Origin: Acidimicrobiales bacterium
Lineage (GTDB): Bacteria > Actinomycetota > Acidimicrobiia > Acidimicrobiales > JACCXE01
DNA length: 64,000 nt
Direction: 5' to 3'
Assembly (NCBI GenBank): GCA_035546775.1
Contig: DASZWD010000072.1
Coordinates: 121,021-185,020, forward strand
Shown here: positions 37,117 to 46,708 of the stretch, in pieces
How the letters are laid out: every line of letters begins with the position of its first letter
Numbering within the stretch: position 1 is the stretch's first letter
Notes under the pieces: generated by a model
The model's database searches: none
The model's input: only the letters and a program-made list of their open reading frames with translations
Told to the model about the DNA's origin: nothing
Program-made: the position numbers and the translations under genes

Positions 37117-37872
37117 CTCCATGCCCTTCTCGACCCACGACAGGTCGTAGGGCGGGCCAAGACTGACCAGAACGTGGTCGGCCCCGGCCTCCACGTACTG
37201 CGGCAGCGCATCGATGAACGGCGCCACCACCATCACGGTCCGCTCGATCGCCTTCGGGTCGCGGCCGACCTTGTCGCACCACTCGTCGAGGATCCTGTTC
37301 TTGCGCCCAAACTCCTCGGGGGTGCCGCCGGCGTTCCAGGCATCGGCGTGTTCGGCCACGAGGCGCAGCGTCACCTTCTCGCCACCACCGCCGATCAGGA
37401 TCGGCAGGTCGCCCATCGGCGGCGGGTTGAGCTTGGCCAGGCGCGCCTTGATGCGAGGCAGCGCCGCCTCGAGTTGCTTCAGCCGTCCGGGCGCGGTGCC
37501 GAACTCGTATCCGTACTCCTCGTAGTCGCGCTCGAACCAGCCCGAGCCGATTCCGAGATACAAGCGTCCGCCCGAGAGGTGGTCGACGGTGCGCGCCATG
37601 TCGGCTAGCAACTCCGGGTTGCGGTAGCTGTTGCACGTCACGAGCATCCCGAACTTCGCCTGCTGCGTTTCACAGGCGATGGCGGCGAGCAACGACCAGC
37701 CTTCGAAGTGTGCGGCCGACGGGTCGCCGTAGAGCGGGTAGAAGTGGTCCCACGTCCAGATCGAGTCGACGCCCATGGCGTCGGCGCCCTTCCACGCGGC
37801 GCGCAGTTGGTCGATCGTCGTGTCTTGCGGATGCAGTTGCACCCCCACCTTGCAGATAGCCATGCGCTGCAA
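37102..37872 (-). CDS. LLM-class F420-dependent oxidoreductase
   Basis: 256 aa. VGVQLHPQDTTIDQLRAAWKGADAMGVDSIWTWDHF...LGIGSGWFERDYEEYGY is the luciferase-like family pattern. Confidence 0.85.
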   Translation of the reverse strand: MQRMAICKVGVQLHPQDTTIDQLRAAWKGADAMGVDSIWTWDHFYPLYGDPSAAHFEGWSLLAAIACETQQAKFGMLVTCNSYRNPELLADMARTVDHLSGGRLYLGIGSGWFERDYEEYGYEFGTAPGRLKQLEAALPRIKARLAKLNPPPMGDLPILIGGGGEKVTLRLVAEHADAWNAGGTPEEFGRKNRILDEWCDKVGRDPKAIERTVMVVAPFIDALPQYVEAGADHVLVSLGPPYDLSWVEKGMELAGK

Positions 37873-37877
37873 CGTAG

Positions 37878-38474
37878 TCAGTCGAGTTCGGCGGCGATCG
37901 CCGCGATGCCCGCCTTCGTCGTCACCGCGCCGACGTGGCCCGTGCGGATGTCGAGGGCGTTGTCGGCCGCCTGCGGCGGGCGGGCGTCGTCACCGGCGAA
38001 CCGATCGCGGCTCGACCACAGCGCCGACCAGCGCGCCGCGGGTTTGGCCGCCACGTCGTCACGAAAGCGCGCGCAACAGGGCGCCGCGCCGCAGTCGAGC
38101 GCGCCCATGAGGTTGACCCCGCGAGCGCGCAGGCCGCGCAGCGCGGCGGCGACTTGGTCGACGCCGGGTCGATCCGGCGGACCGATCGACCACGGCGTCA
38201 CCACGGTGACGAGGCGGGCGACGAGGTCAGGACGGCGCACGGCCACGACGCGTCCGAGCTGGCCACCGCGGCTGTGCCCCACCACGGCTACGTGGTCGCC
38301 GGCCGCGAATTCGTCGAGCCAGGACTCGAGGCGTTGCACCGTCGCCTCGCCGCAGTCGAGGTTGAAGCCCAGTGGCGCGACGCGCACGTCGTGGCCGGCG
38401 CCGCGCAAGGCGTCACGCAGCGGGCGGAGCAACGCCGGCGGCGCGCCGAACCCGCCGACGAGCGCGACCTTCAC
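37878..38474 (-). CDS. alpha/beta hydrolase (lipase/esterase-like)
   Basis: 198 aa with nucleophile elbow GHSRGG. GTG 38474 overlaps the phospholipase C stop (GTGA). Confidence 0.7.
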   Translation of the reverse strand: MKVALVGGFGAPPALLRPLRDALRGAGHDVRVAPLGFNLDCGEATVQRLESWLDEFAAGDHVAVVGHSRGGQLGRVVAVRRPDLVARLVTVVTPWSIGPPDRPGVDQVAAALRGLRARGVNLMGALDCGAAPCCARFRDDVAAKPAARWSALWSSRDRFAGDDARPPQAADNALDIRTGHVGAVTTKAGIAAIAAELD

Positions 38475-40120
38475 GCGCGATCGGCGGCGACGCGCCGGCG
38501 CAGCACTGCGGCGACGGCCGCCGCCCCCGCCACGGCGCCCACTGGCAACGACGGTCCGCCGGTTCGGGCCAGGATGCCGCCCCCGACGGGCACCGGATCA
38601 GACACCGTGGCCGCGCACACGGCGGTCTTCGGTTTCACGCCCGACTCCTGAGTCGGCATGTGCTGCTCCTGCCAACCCGAGACCTTCGGCAGCGACGCGC
38701 ATTCGTCCTTGGCCACCTGTAACAGCTCGACGGCGTCGGGCAGCTGCGGCACCGACGCGTCGGTCACGCAGCCGAAGTTGAACGCCGAGGTGAGGTCACC
38801 CGCCGTCGTGCGCCGCCACGCGCTGAGGTTGGGTACCTCGACGCCGAAGCGCTTTTCGAGCAGCCGCAGCGTCGACGTGTGGTCGAACGTCTCGCTGCAC
38901 ACGTAGCCGCCGCGGCTGAACGGCGAGATCACGAGCGTTGGGACGCGAAAGCCGAACCCGATCGGCCCGGCGAAGGGCGTCGACTCGGGTGCAGCCGCCA
39001 ACCCGCTGGCGGTGAGGTACTCGCCCTCCGTGCCCGGCGGCGGCGTCGGCGGCACGACGTGATCGAAGAAGCCGCCGTTCTCGTCGTAGGTGACGATGAA
39101 CGCTGTCTTGGCCCACACCGCCGGGTTCGACGTCAGCGCGTCGAGGATCGACTGGATGAACACCGCGCCCTGCGCCGGCATCGCTTCGGGGTGCTCTGAG
39201 TTCCTCTTCGACTGGATGATCCACGACACCTGCGGCAGGTTCCCGCTCTGCACGTCGGCGCGGATCTTCGCGGCGGTCTGCCCGTAGGGGATCAGCGTGC
39301 GGCAGCGCCGGTTGAGCTCGCTGTTGGGCACCTGGTGCTGCAAGAAGTACTTGAGGACGTTGTCGTCGTAGTCGTCGGCCTCGGTGTACACCCACCAGTC
39401 GACGCCGGCCGCCTGGAGTCGCTCGGGATACGTCGTCCAACTGAAGTCGTAGTTGGGGTACTTCTGGTTGTTGGTTTCGGGACCACCGTGCTTGCCCTCG
39501 TGGTCGAGCATCCCCGTCATCATGTAGAGGCGGTTCGGGATCGTCGGGCCGAGCACCGAGCAGAAGTAGCGATCGCAGATCGTGAACGCATCGGCCAGCG
39601 CGTAGTGGAACGGCAAGTCGGCGCGGGTGAAGTAGCTCATGGTGCGAGCGCCACCGACCGTCGGGTCGTGGTCCGACACGAGGTCGGCCACCGAATGCGA
39701 CGTGACGAACGCCGCGTTGGTGCCGTTGGCCAGCGACACGTGCTGGCTCTGCCACGTGTGGTCGACGTCGGCCATGCATTGCGCGGCGGACGCCGTCGGC
39801 TGCACGCGCCACGGCAACATGGTGGCGCCGACGCCGTTGAGCGGATTCGGGTCGATCTGCTCGAAGACGCTGCGACCGGTGATCGGGTCGCGATGCACCG
39901 TGGGGTCGGCGAAGCCGGCGACGCCCGCCAGCGTGCCGAAGTAGTGGTCGAAGCTGCGGTTCTCCTGGCACAGGATGACGAAGTGCTCGATGTCATCGAG
40001 CGCCGAACCGCTCGGCGCCACCGTCGCCAATGCGGCGCGCGTTGCAGTCGACATCCCCGCGAACGCGGCGGCGCCACCCACGAGCCCGGCGCCGAGCAAC
40101 TTGCGTCGTGTGATCGTCAC
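38471..40120 (-). CDS. phosphoesterase family protein (phospholipase C / AcpA-like), Tat signal and C-terminal LAxTG sorting signal
   Basis: IEHFVILCQENRSFDHYFGTL is the PLC/phosphoesterase motif. N-terminus VTITRRKLLGAGLVGGAAAFAG (twin-arginine). C-terminus LARTG plus a 19-aa hydrophobic stretch plus RRR. GTG 40120 overlaps the upstream stop (GTGA); track start ATG 40171 is the alternative. Confidence 0.85.
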   Translation of the reverse strand: MTITRRKLLGAGLVGGAAAFAGMSTATRAALATVAPSGSALDDIEHFVILCQENRSFDHYFGTLAGVAGFADPTVHRDPITGRSVFEQIDPNPLNGVGATMLPWRVQPTASAAQCMADVDHTWQSQHVSLANGTNAAFVTSHSVADLVSDHDPTVGGARTMSYFTRADLPFHYALADAFTICDRYFCSVLGPTIPNRLYMMTGMLDHEGKHGGPETNNQKYPNYDFSWTTYPERLQAAGVDWWVYTEADDYDDNVLKYFLQHQVPNSELNRRCRTLIPYGQTAAKIRADVQSGNLPQVSWIIQSKRNSEHPEAMPAQGAVFIQSILDALTSNPAVWAKTAFIVTYDENGGFFDHVVPPTPPPGTEGEYLTASGLAAAPESTPFAGPIGFGFRVPTLVISPFSRGGYVCSETFDHTSTLRLLEKRFGVEVPNLSAWRRTTAGDLTSAFNFGCVTDASVPQLPDAVELLQVAKDECASLPKVSGWQEQHMPTQESGVKPKTAVCAATVSDPVPVGGGILARTGGPSLPVGAVAGAAAVAAVLRRRVAADRA

Positions 40121-40920
40121 GCGCCGAACGCACCTCGAATCGTGTCGCGCGCCGCGGCGATGGCGTCCCAATACCCGTAGGTCCCCGCAGCCTTCAACTC
40201 GGTCGCGGCTGCAATCACGGCCGCGTACGCGGCGTACATGAGCGAGCCGCCGACCGAGATGCGCGCCGCGCCGGCGGCCGCGACCTCACCGACCGCCGGA
40301 CACCCCTGCAGCACCAGGACGTTGACGGGCGCGTCGACGGACGACACCACCGCGCGCACCTGCTCGATGGCGCGCAGGCCCGGCACGAAGATCACGTCGG
40401 CGCCAGCCGCGCCAAACGCCTGGGCGCGGGCGATGGCATCGTCGAGATCGTCGACGCCGTGGATCAGGTTCTCGGCCCGCGCCGTGAGCACCAGGTTGTT
40501 GGCGTGCGCCGCCTCGGCCGCGGCGCGCACCCGTTCGACGGCGAGTGCCCGGTCGTAGATGGCGCTGCCCGACCAGTCCTCGATGGATACACCGGCCAGA
40601 CCAGTGGCGCCCGCCCGGGCGACGCTGTCGGCCACGAGCATCGGTTCGTCGGCGAAGCCGTTCTCGTAGTCGGCGGCGACGGGCACGGCGACGGCTTCGC
40701 TCAGCGCCGTGCAGTGCTCCAAGACCTCGCCGCGGGTCATGCGCCCGTCGAGGCGACCGAACGTGCCCGCCGCCCCGCTGCTCGTCGTCGCGATCGCCTT
40801 GAAGCCCAGCGCCGCGAGGATCTTGGCGGAGCCCACGTCGAAGGCGTTCGGCTGGAGCAACGGGTCGCCCGGGACGTGGAGGGCGAGGAACTCCGCCGCC
40901 TTGCCCGAGAACGTCGTCAT
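40117..40920 (-). CDS. isocitrate lyase / PEP mutase superfamily protein (uncharacterised clade)
   Basis: ATG 40920. FDVGSAKILAALGFKAIATTSSG...AADYENGFAD...GVSIEDWSG...GADVIFVPG is the ICL/PEPM TIM-barrel pattern. The track start 41430 runs through the divergent VOC gene. Confidence 0.8.
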   Translation of the reverse strand: MTTFSGKAAEFLALHVPGDPLLQPNAFDVGSAKILAALGFKAIATTSSGAAGTFGRLDGRMTRGEVLEHCTALSEAVAVPVAADYENGFADEPMLVADSVARAGATGLAGVSIEDWSGSAIYDRALAVERVRAAAEAAHANNLVLTARAENLIHGVDDLDDAIARAQAFGAAGADVIFVPGLRAIEQVRAVVSSVDAPVNVLVLQGCPAVGEVAAAGAARISVGGSLMYAAYAAVIAAATELKAAGTYGYWDAIAAARDTIRGAFGA

Positions 40921-40938
40921 GGCTCTTAGGCTCGCACA

Positions 40939-41304
40939 ATGGCCGCGGGACTGACCGAGATCGTCATCGACTGCAACGACATGCGACGCGTCGCCGAGTT
41001 CTGGAGCGCAGTGCTCGACTGGCCCGTGCGCGAGGCCGACAACGGCGAATTGTGGATCTCGGCCACGGGTGACTACGACGCCCGCCCCTTCATCGTGTTC
41101 GTGCCCGTGCCCGAACCCAAGACCGTGAAGGACCGCATCCACCTCGACATCAACCCGCGCGGTTGCGAGCAGGCCGAGGAACTCGAGCGACTGCTGGCGC
41201 TCGGCGCCACCCGCGTCGACGTGGGCCAGGGGGAGCAGCGCTGGATCGTGCTCGCTGACCCCGAAGGCAACGAGTTCTGCCTCCTCGCCCGCCGCATCGA
41301 CTAG
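40939..41304 (+). CDS. VOC (glyoxalase/bleomycin-resistance) family protein
   Basis: 121 aa. IVIDCNDMRRVAEFWSAVLDW...RIHLDINP...ADPEGNEFCLL. TAGGCT lies 6 nt upstream of the ATG. Confidence 0.8.
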   Translation: MAAGLTEIVIDCNDMRRVAEFWSAVLDWPVREADNGELWISATGDYDARPFIVFVPVPEPKTVKDRIHLDINPRGCEQAEELERLLALGATRVDVGQGEQRWIVLADPEGNEFCLLARRID

Positions 41305-41338
41305 GTCGCGCCCCGCACTCGTCGGCCAGACTGCTCCC

Positions 41339-42787
41339 ATGCTGGGGCACTTCCGACGTTCGTTCTTCGTAGCTGTCGCCGTGGCGACCTTGGTTGCCGT
41401 CGGTGCGCCCGACGCCCACGCGGCGGCCACCTATTCCAATCCGCAGTACCGCGCCCACGACCTCGACAACGTGGCGCGCTCGACGGCGCACGGGCGCCAG
41501 ATCCAGTACGTCACCGACGTCGACTACGACCGCGCCTTCACCCCGGCCGCCGCCGAGTCGTTCCTCAAGGACCTCGGCCGCCAGGTCGCCGACCTACCCC
41601 ACGGCCGCGTGTACGCCACGCTCGGCCAGCTGTTGCCGGGCGGATCCGTCGGCGACCCGACGCGCTACCACGAGGGCAACCCGATTCCCGTCGCCTTCGC
41701 GTCGCGCACCGGCGCCAAGCTCCTGGGCCGGCTGTGGACCGACGGCAAGCCCGGCCTGCACCCGGCGGTCGTCATCACCCCCGGCTCGATCCAGGGCACG
41801 CAGCACTTCTACTGGTGGGCGGCGCGCACGCTCGCCCGCGCCGGTTTCGTGGTGCTGACCTTCGACGCCCAGGGCCAGGGCGAGAGCGAGACGTTCGGTC
41901 ACAAGCCGGGCAAGATCACCCCGACGCGCAATGGCTTTCCGTTCCAGCAGGCGCCGAACTTCATCAACGGCACCGTCGACGCCATCCGCTTCATGCTGTC
42001 GTCGACCGCCGCGCCCTACGTGCCCGGCGGCTGGAGCGACGCGAAGGCCGCGACGGTCCGCCACTCCGACGACTCGCTGATGTGGGTCAACCCACTCGAA
42101 CCGATCGTCGATCCGAACAACCTCGGCCTCGCGGGCCACTCGCTCGGCGCGAGCGCCATCTCCGTCGTCCAGCAGTGCAGCGACGCCGCGACGCTGTGGA
42201 AGACGCTGTCGGTGTGCGCCGGGCGGTCGTATCCGATCCGCGCCGTCGTGGCGTGGGACGGCCTGTCGTCGGCGGGCATCGTGCCGGTCGTGCCGGCGAT
42301 GAACCAGCAAGCCGACGGTTACTTCCTCAATCCCGAGCCGTCCTACACCGCTCCGTCCAAGACGGCCCACCTGGCGCCGATGCAGGCGTGGGAAGCGAAG
42401 GGCGTCGACGTGTACTCGTTCAGTGTGCGCGGTGGCACCCACATCGAGTGGGTCGACGTGCCCTACATCCTGCCGTCGACGACGTATGGCCACCTGCTCG
42501 CCGATCACTACACGCGGGCGTGGATGCAGCGCTACGTGGCGACGGACCCCGCAACGCGCGCCGCCGCGTCGGCCGAGTTGCTCGCCGCGCCGGTGCACCA
42601 GACGGGGGCCAAGGCGCAGCGCCCGTGGCGCGCCGACTTCTTCTCGGCGCGGTACCTCGGTGGGTTCGCCTTCCACGACCCGAGCGGTGGCCTGCACACG
42701 ACCAACGACATCCGCGTGTACGGCGGCGTCAGCAAAGTCGGCGACTGGAAGGGCGCCAATGCCGACAAGCCGGCGGTGCGCTACTAG
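41339..42787 (+). CDS. secreted alpha/beta hydrolase
   Basis: Signal peptide FFVAVAVATLVAVGAPDAHA, and nucleophile elbow GLAGHSLGASA. 482 aa. Confidence 0.7.
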   Translation: MLGHFRRSFFVAVAVATLVAVGAPDAHAAATYSNPQYRAHDLDNVARSTAHGRQIQYVTDVDYDRAFTPAAAESFLKDLGRQVADLPHGRVYATLGQLLPGGSVGDPTRYHEGNPIPVAFASRTGAKLLGRLWTDGKPGLHPAVVITPGSIQGTQHFYWWAARTLARAGFVVLTFDAQGQGESETFGHKPGKITPTRNGFPFQQAPNFINGTVDAIRFMLSSTAAPYVPGGWSDAKAATVRHSDDSLMWVNPLEPIVDPNNLGLAGHSLGASAISVVQQCSDAATLWKTLSVCAGRSYPIRAVVAWDGLSSAGIVPVVPAMNQQADGYFLNPEPSYTAPSKTAHLAPMQAWEAKGVDVYSFSVRGGTHIEWVDVPYILPSTTYGHLLADHYTRAWMQRYVATDPATRAAASAELLAAPVHQTGAKAQRPWRADFFSARYLGGFAFHDPSGGLHTTNDIRVYGGVSKVGDWKGANADKPAVRY

Positions 42788-43267
42788 CGAAGAGGGACGC
42801 CTCCGCGAACCGGCGTTCGGGGAAGCGCGAGAGCGGTTCCGCGGAACCGATTTGCCCGCGCAGGGGTGGTTCGTCGAAGCGATCCTGGCGCTCCCCGGGA
42901 CCGATGACGGGCGCTTGGAGCACGGCGACGAAACAGCGTTCGGGCGTTACGACGACGGTCCGGCCTGGCCGTGTCTGCCGTCGCCGTGGATTCGCCCGGT
43001 GATCTCGCGGGTTGCGCCGGGCTATCCAACCCATCCGACGTCTCTTCCCGAGTACTTCTGCCGGACGAAGTCGGTGGCGGCTGGCCCGCGCCTCTGCAAT
43101 CGCGGCGGACTCGGTCCTCGCGCGGCGCTCACCCACCCGGGCATCGACCCGGCGATAGGAGACGCACAAGACTCATGCCCGTTTGTGGGGGTAAAAACTG
43201 TTCTCGGAGCCGAATTCGCCCCCAGAAAGCGTCGCCAAAGTGCCGGGAGACGACACGAACCGTCGGC

Positions 43268-46200
43268 TTAGCGGAAGTCCCGCGACTGCGGCACGGAGGC
43301 GATCGGCAAGGACAGCGTTTCGATCTTCTCGGCTCGCAGGTTGATCACGTTCGACGCCGACTCGACGACGCCACGAATCAACAGCGCGCTCGCGCCCCGC
43401 GCCGCGCGGCGGTAACGGTTCCACACGCCCTGCGAGCACACGACGTTGACCAGACCGGTCTCGTCTTCGAGGTTGAGGAAGGTGGCACCACCCGCGGTCG
43501 CCGGGCGCTGGCGGTGGGTGACCACTCCCCCGACGGTCACCTTGGTGCGGTCGGGCACGTCGCGTAGGGCGATCGCCGGCAGCGCGCCCAGCTTCACCAG
43601 GGTTGGTCGCAGGTGGGCCATGGCGTGGCTGTTGGGCGACACGCCCGTGGCCCACAGATCGGCCGCCGTGGTTTCGACCGCCGTCATGCCCGGCAGCCGC
43701 GGCGCACCCACGCCGACTACGACCCCGGGAATCGTGTTGGGTCGCGCCGCTTCGGCCACCGCGCCCGCCGACCACAACGCCTCACGCCGGGCGACGCCGA
43801 AACAGTCGAACGCGCCGGCCGTCGCCAGCGCTTCGAGTTGGGTGACGGTGAGCTGCGCGGCGCGCGCCACCTCGTCGATCGACGTGTAGGGCCGCGCCGC
43901 CGCGATGCGTTCGGCCACGTCGTCGCCGATCGAGCGCACCGCGCCGATGCCGAGTCTTATCCCGAACCCGCCCGCCGACTCCGTGTCCGCCTCGAGGCAC
44001 GCGCCGGAGCGCGACGCGTTCACGTCGGGGCCGAACACCCGCACGCCGTGGCGGCGCGCATCCGCGGTCAACGTGGCCGGCGACCAGAAGCCCATCGGCT
44101 GGGCGTTGAGCAACGCGGCGCAGAAGGCCGCCGGATAGTGGTACTTGAGCCAGCACGACGAGTACACGAGGTAGGCGAAGGACACCGAGTGACTCTCGGG
44201 GAAGCCGTAGTTGGCGAACGCCGCGAGCTTGTCCCAGATGAGGTCGCCGGTCGCCTCGTCGATGCCGTTGCGCGCCATGCCGTCGAAGAACCGCTTGCGC
44301 AGCGCGTCCATGCGGGCGTGCGACCGCTTGGACCCCATCGCCTGACGCAGCTGGTCGGCGTCGGCCGCGCTGAACCCGGCGACGTCGATGGCCATCTGCA
44401 TCAGCTGTTCCTGGAACAGCGGTACGCCGAGGGTCTTCTTGAGCGACTTCTCCAGCAGCGGGTGCAGGTAGGTGACGGGTTCCTCGCCGTTACGCCGCCG
44501 GATGTAGGGATGCACCGAGCCGCCCTGGATCGGGCCGGGACGGATCAGCGCGATCTCGACCACGAGGTCGTAGAAGTTGCGCGGCCGCAGGCGCGGCAGC
44601 GTCGCCATCTGCGCCCGCGACTCGATCTGGAACACGCCGACGGTGTCGGCCGCGCACACCATGTCGTAGATGCAGTCCTCCTGCGGAATGGTGGCGAGGT
44701 CGACGTCGACCCCGTGGAACTCGCGCACCAGGTCGACGGCGCCGTGCAGGGCTTCGAGCATGCCGAGACCGAGCAGGTCGAACTTCACCAGGCCGACGGC
44801 CGCGCAGTCGTCCTTGTCCCACTGCAACACCGTGCGCCCCGGCATGCGTCCCCACTCGACGGGCACGACTTCGAGCACCGGCCGGTCGCAGATCACCATG
44901 CCGCCCGAGTGGATGCCGAGGTGGCGCGGGAAGTGCTCGACCTGCAACGCCAGATCGATGACCGGTTGCGGGATCGTGATGTCGGTCATGGCCGCGGTCT
45001 TGGCCACCCCACCCCACGAGTCGACTTCTTTCGCCCAGGCGTCGAGCTGGCCGGGCGCCGCGCCCAGCGCCCGGCCCATGTCGCGCACCGCGGATTTGGC
45101 GCGGTAGGTGATGACGTTGGCCACCTGCGCCGCGTTCTGCCGTCCGTGCTTCTCGTAGACGTACTGGATGACTTCTTCGCGGCGGCCCGACTCGAGGTCG
45201 ATGTCGATGTCGGGTGGGCCGTCGCGCTCAGGCGACAGGAAGCGTTCGAACAGCAGCCCGAGCGACACCGCGTCGGCGTTGGTGATGCCGAGGGCGTAAC
45301 AGACCGCGCTGTTGGCCGCGCTGCCCCGTCCCTGGCAGAAGATGTTGCTGCGGCGGGCGAAGTCGCACAGGTCCCACACCACGAGGAAGTAGCCGGGGAA
45401 ACCGAGTTGCTCGATCAGCGCCAGCTCGTGGTCGATCTGCTTGTAGGCGCCGGGCACGCGTTCTTCGCCGCGGCGGCCGTAGCGCTGCTGCGCGCCCATC
45501 TCGGTGAGCAGACGTAAGTAGGTCATCTCGGTGTGGCCCGGCGGCACGGGGAACGGCGGCAGGCTGGGCGCCACCAGCGACAGGTCGAAGGCGCAGGCGC
45601 GTCCGAGTTCCGCCGCCGCTTCGACCACGCCGGGATAGCGGGCGAAACGGCGCGCCTGCTCGCCGCCGGAGCGCAAACACGCGCTGGCCGACGACGGCAG
45701 CCACGGTTCGATGTCGTCGAGTGAACGACGGGCGCGCACGGCGGCCAGCGCAGTGGCCAGCGGGCGGCGCGCCGGTGACGCGTAGTGCACGTTGTTGGTG
45801 GCGACGACGCCGAGGCCCTGGCGCGCCGCCAGCTGCACCAGCGCGTCGTTGCGCGCCGAGTCCATCGGGTCGCCGTGGTCCCACAACTCCACGACGACGT
45901 TGTCGCGCCCGAAGCAGGCGACGATGTCGCTGAGTTCGCGCGCCGCGGCCGCTGGTCCCTCGCGATGCAGCGCGGCGGGCACGCGGGACTTGCGACACCC
46001 CGTCAGCACGACCCAGTTGCCCTTGTGCAGTTCGCACAGCCGCGCCTTCTCGTAGGTGGGATAGCCCTTCTCGCCGCCGGCGAGGTGCGCCTCACCGATG
46101 GCGCGGGCGAGCGAGGCGTAGCCCTGCGGGTTGCGGGCGACGATCAGCAGGTGGTCGGCGTGCGGGTCGGCGGCCGCCACCTTGTCCGAACCGGCGCGGG

Positions 46201-46588
46201 GTTCGAGCCGCTCGACGCCCGGCGGGCGCAGGCTCAACTCCGCGCCGAAGATCGTCGGCAGCCCCAGCGCCCGCGCCGCCTCGGCGAAGCGCACGACGCC
46301 GTAGAACCCGTCGTGGTCGGTGACGGCCAGCGCCTCGAGGCCGAGGCGAGCGGCCTCCTCGGCGAGTTCCTCGGGCGGCGACGCCCCGTCGAGGAACGAG
46401 AAGTTCGAGTGGCAGTGCAACTCGGCGTAGGGCGTCGTCGCCCGCCGACGGATGAGCGCCGGCGGTTCGGTGTACTTCTCCCGGTGGTTCGACCACGCCG
46501 GGCTGTCGCCCCCGTCGGCCCCCGCCGGCCGGTCGGTGAGGCGCCGGTGCAGCGCCGACCACGACATCGCCGGATTGTTGAACGCCAC
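43268..46588 (-). CDS. dnaE2: error-prone DNA polymerase DnaE2 (ImuC)
   Basis: 1106 aa. PHP domain YAELHCHSNFSFLDGAS and a Pol III alpha core. GTG start 12 nt downstream of a LexA box. Confidence 0.95.
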   Translation of the reverse strand: MAFNNPAMSWSALHRRLTDRPAGADGGDSPAWSNHREKYTEPPALIRRRATTPYAELHCHSNFSFLDGASPPEELAEEAARLGLEALAVTDHDGFYGVVRFAEAARALGLPTIFGAELSLRPPGVERLEPRAGSDKVAAADPHADHLLIVARNPQGYASLARAIGEAHLAGGEKGYPTYEKARLCELHKGNWVVLTGCRKSRVPAALHREGPAAAARELSDIVACFGRDNVVVELWDHGDPMDSARNDALVQLAARQGLGVVATNNVHYASPARRPLATALAAVRARRSLDDIEPWLPSSASACLRSGGEQARRFARYPGVVEAAAELGRACAFDLSLVAPSLPPFPVPPGHTEMTYLRLLTEMGAQQRYGRRGEERVPGAYKQIDHELALIEQLGFPGYFLVVWDLCDFARRSNIFCQGRGSAANSAVCYALGITNADAVSLGLLFERFLSPERDGPPDIDIDLESGRREEVIQYVYEKHGRQNAAQVANVITYRAKSAVRDMGRALGAAPGQLDAWAKEVDSWGGVAKTAAMTDITIPQPVIDLALQVEHFPRHLGIHSGGMVICDRPVLEVVPVEWGRMPGRTVLQWDKDDCAAVGLVKFDLLGLGMLEALHGAVDLVREFHGVDVDLATIPQEDCIYDMVCAADTVGVFQIESRAQMATLPRLRPRNFYDLVVEIALIRPGPIQGGSVHPYIRRRNGEEPVTYLHPLLEKSLKKTLGVPLFQEQLMQMAIDVAGFSAADADQLRQAMGSKRSHARMDALRKRFFDGMARNGIDEATGDLIWDKLAAFANYGFPESHSVSFAYLVYSSCWLKYHYPAAFCAALLNAQPMGFWSPATLTADARRHGVRVFGPDVNASRSGACLEADTESAGGFGIRLGIGAVRSIGDDVAERIAAARPYTSIDEVARAAQLTVTQLEALATAGAFDCFGVARREALWSAGAVAEAARPNTIPGVVVGVGAPRLPGMTAVETTAADLWATGVSPNSHAMAHLRPTLVKLGALPAIALRDVPDRTKVTVGGVVTHRQRPATAGGATFLNLEDETGLVNVVCSQGVWNRYRRAARGASALLIRGVVESASNVINLRAEKIETLSLPIASVPQSRDFR

Positions 46589-46600
46589 GATCCGAGGATA

Positions 46601-46616
46601 TCGAACATCTGTTCGA
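46601..46616. promoter_or_regulatory. LexA (SOS) box upstream of dnaE2, in the dnaE2/NUDIX divergent region
   Basis: TCGAACATCTGTTCGA is a perfect match to the actinobacterial TCGAAC-N4-GTTCGA consensus. On the minus strand it is followed directly by TATCCT (46600-46595), 6 nt, then GTG 46588. Confidence 0.85.
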
Positions 46617-46708
46617 TCGTGTCAAGAGCGACCGTAGTTCCACCCCCGTGTGCGGAGTTGCTGCGGGTGTTCCCGGACCAACCCCGCACACGGGTACGTT
46701 TCAGGCCC

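Noticed and set aside
40117-40920. The ICL/PEPM-family gene considered as a PEP mutase marking a phosphonate biosynthesis cluster.
   Set aside because: The active-site region reads IEDWSG rather than the EDK...NS-type PEP mutase motif as I recall it. No phosphonopyruvate decarboxylase or aminotransferase genes are adjacent.
42788-43267. The 480-bp gap considered as RNase P RNA, tmRNA, SRP RNA, 6C RNA or a tRNA.
   Set aside because: I could not find the conserved cores I know: GGAAAGUCCGGGC for RNase P, the tmRNA tag/acceptor features, twin C-rich loops for 6C, or a GGTTCGAATCC-type T-loop. Assignment to a known family is unsupported without a covariance-model search.
43613-45517. Very long ORFs antisense to, or out of frame with, recognisable genes. 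Examples are 43613..45517 (+, 634 aa), 984..2834 (-), 23542..25623 (+), 47862..50018 (+), 49608..50981 (-), 62485..63996 (-) and 16334..17614 (+).
   Set aside because: Their translations are Arg/Pro/Gly/Ala-rich low-complexity strings with no family motifs. They overlap genes with strong family signatures (dnaE2, ettA, sigma/ferritin-like, imuB, gdh, sirA, ABC). This is the expected stop-codon-poor artefact of GC-rich DNA.
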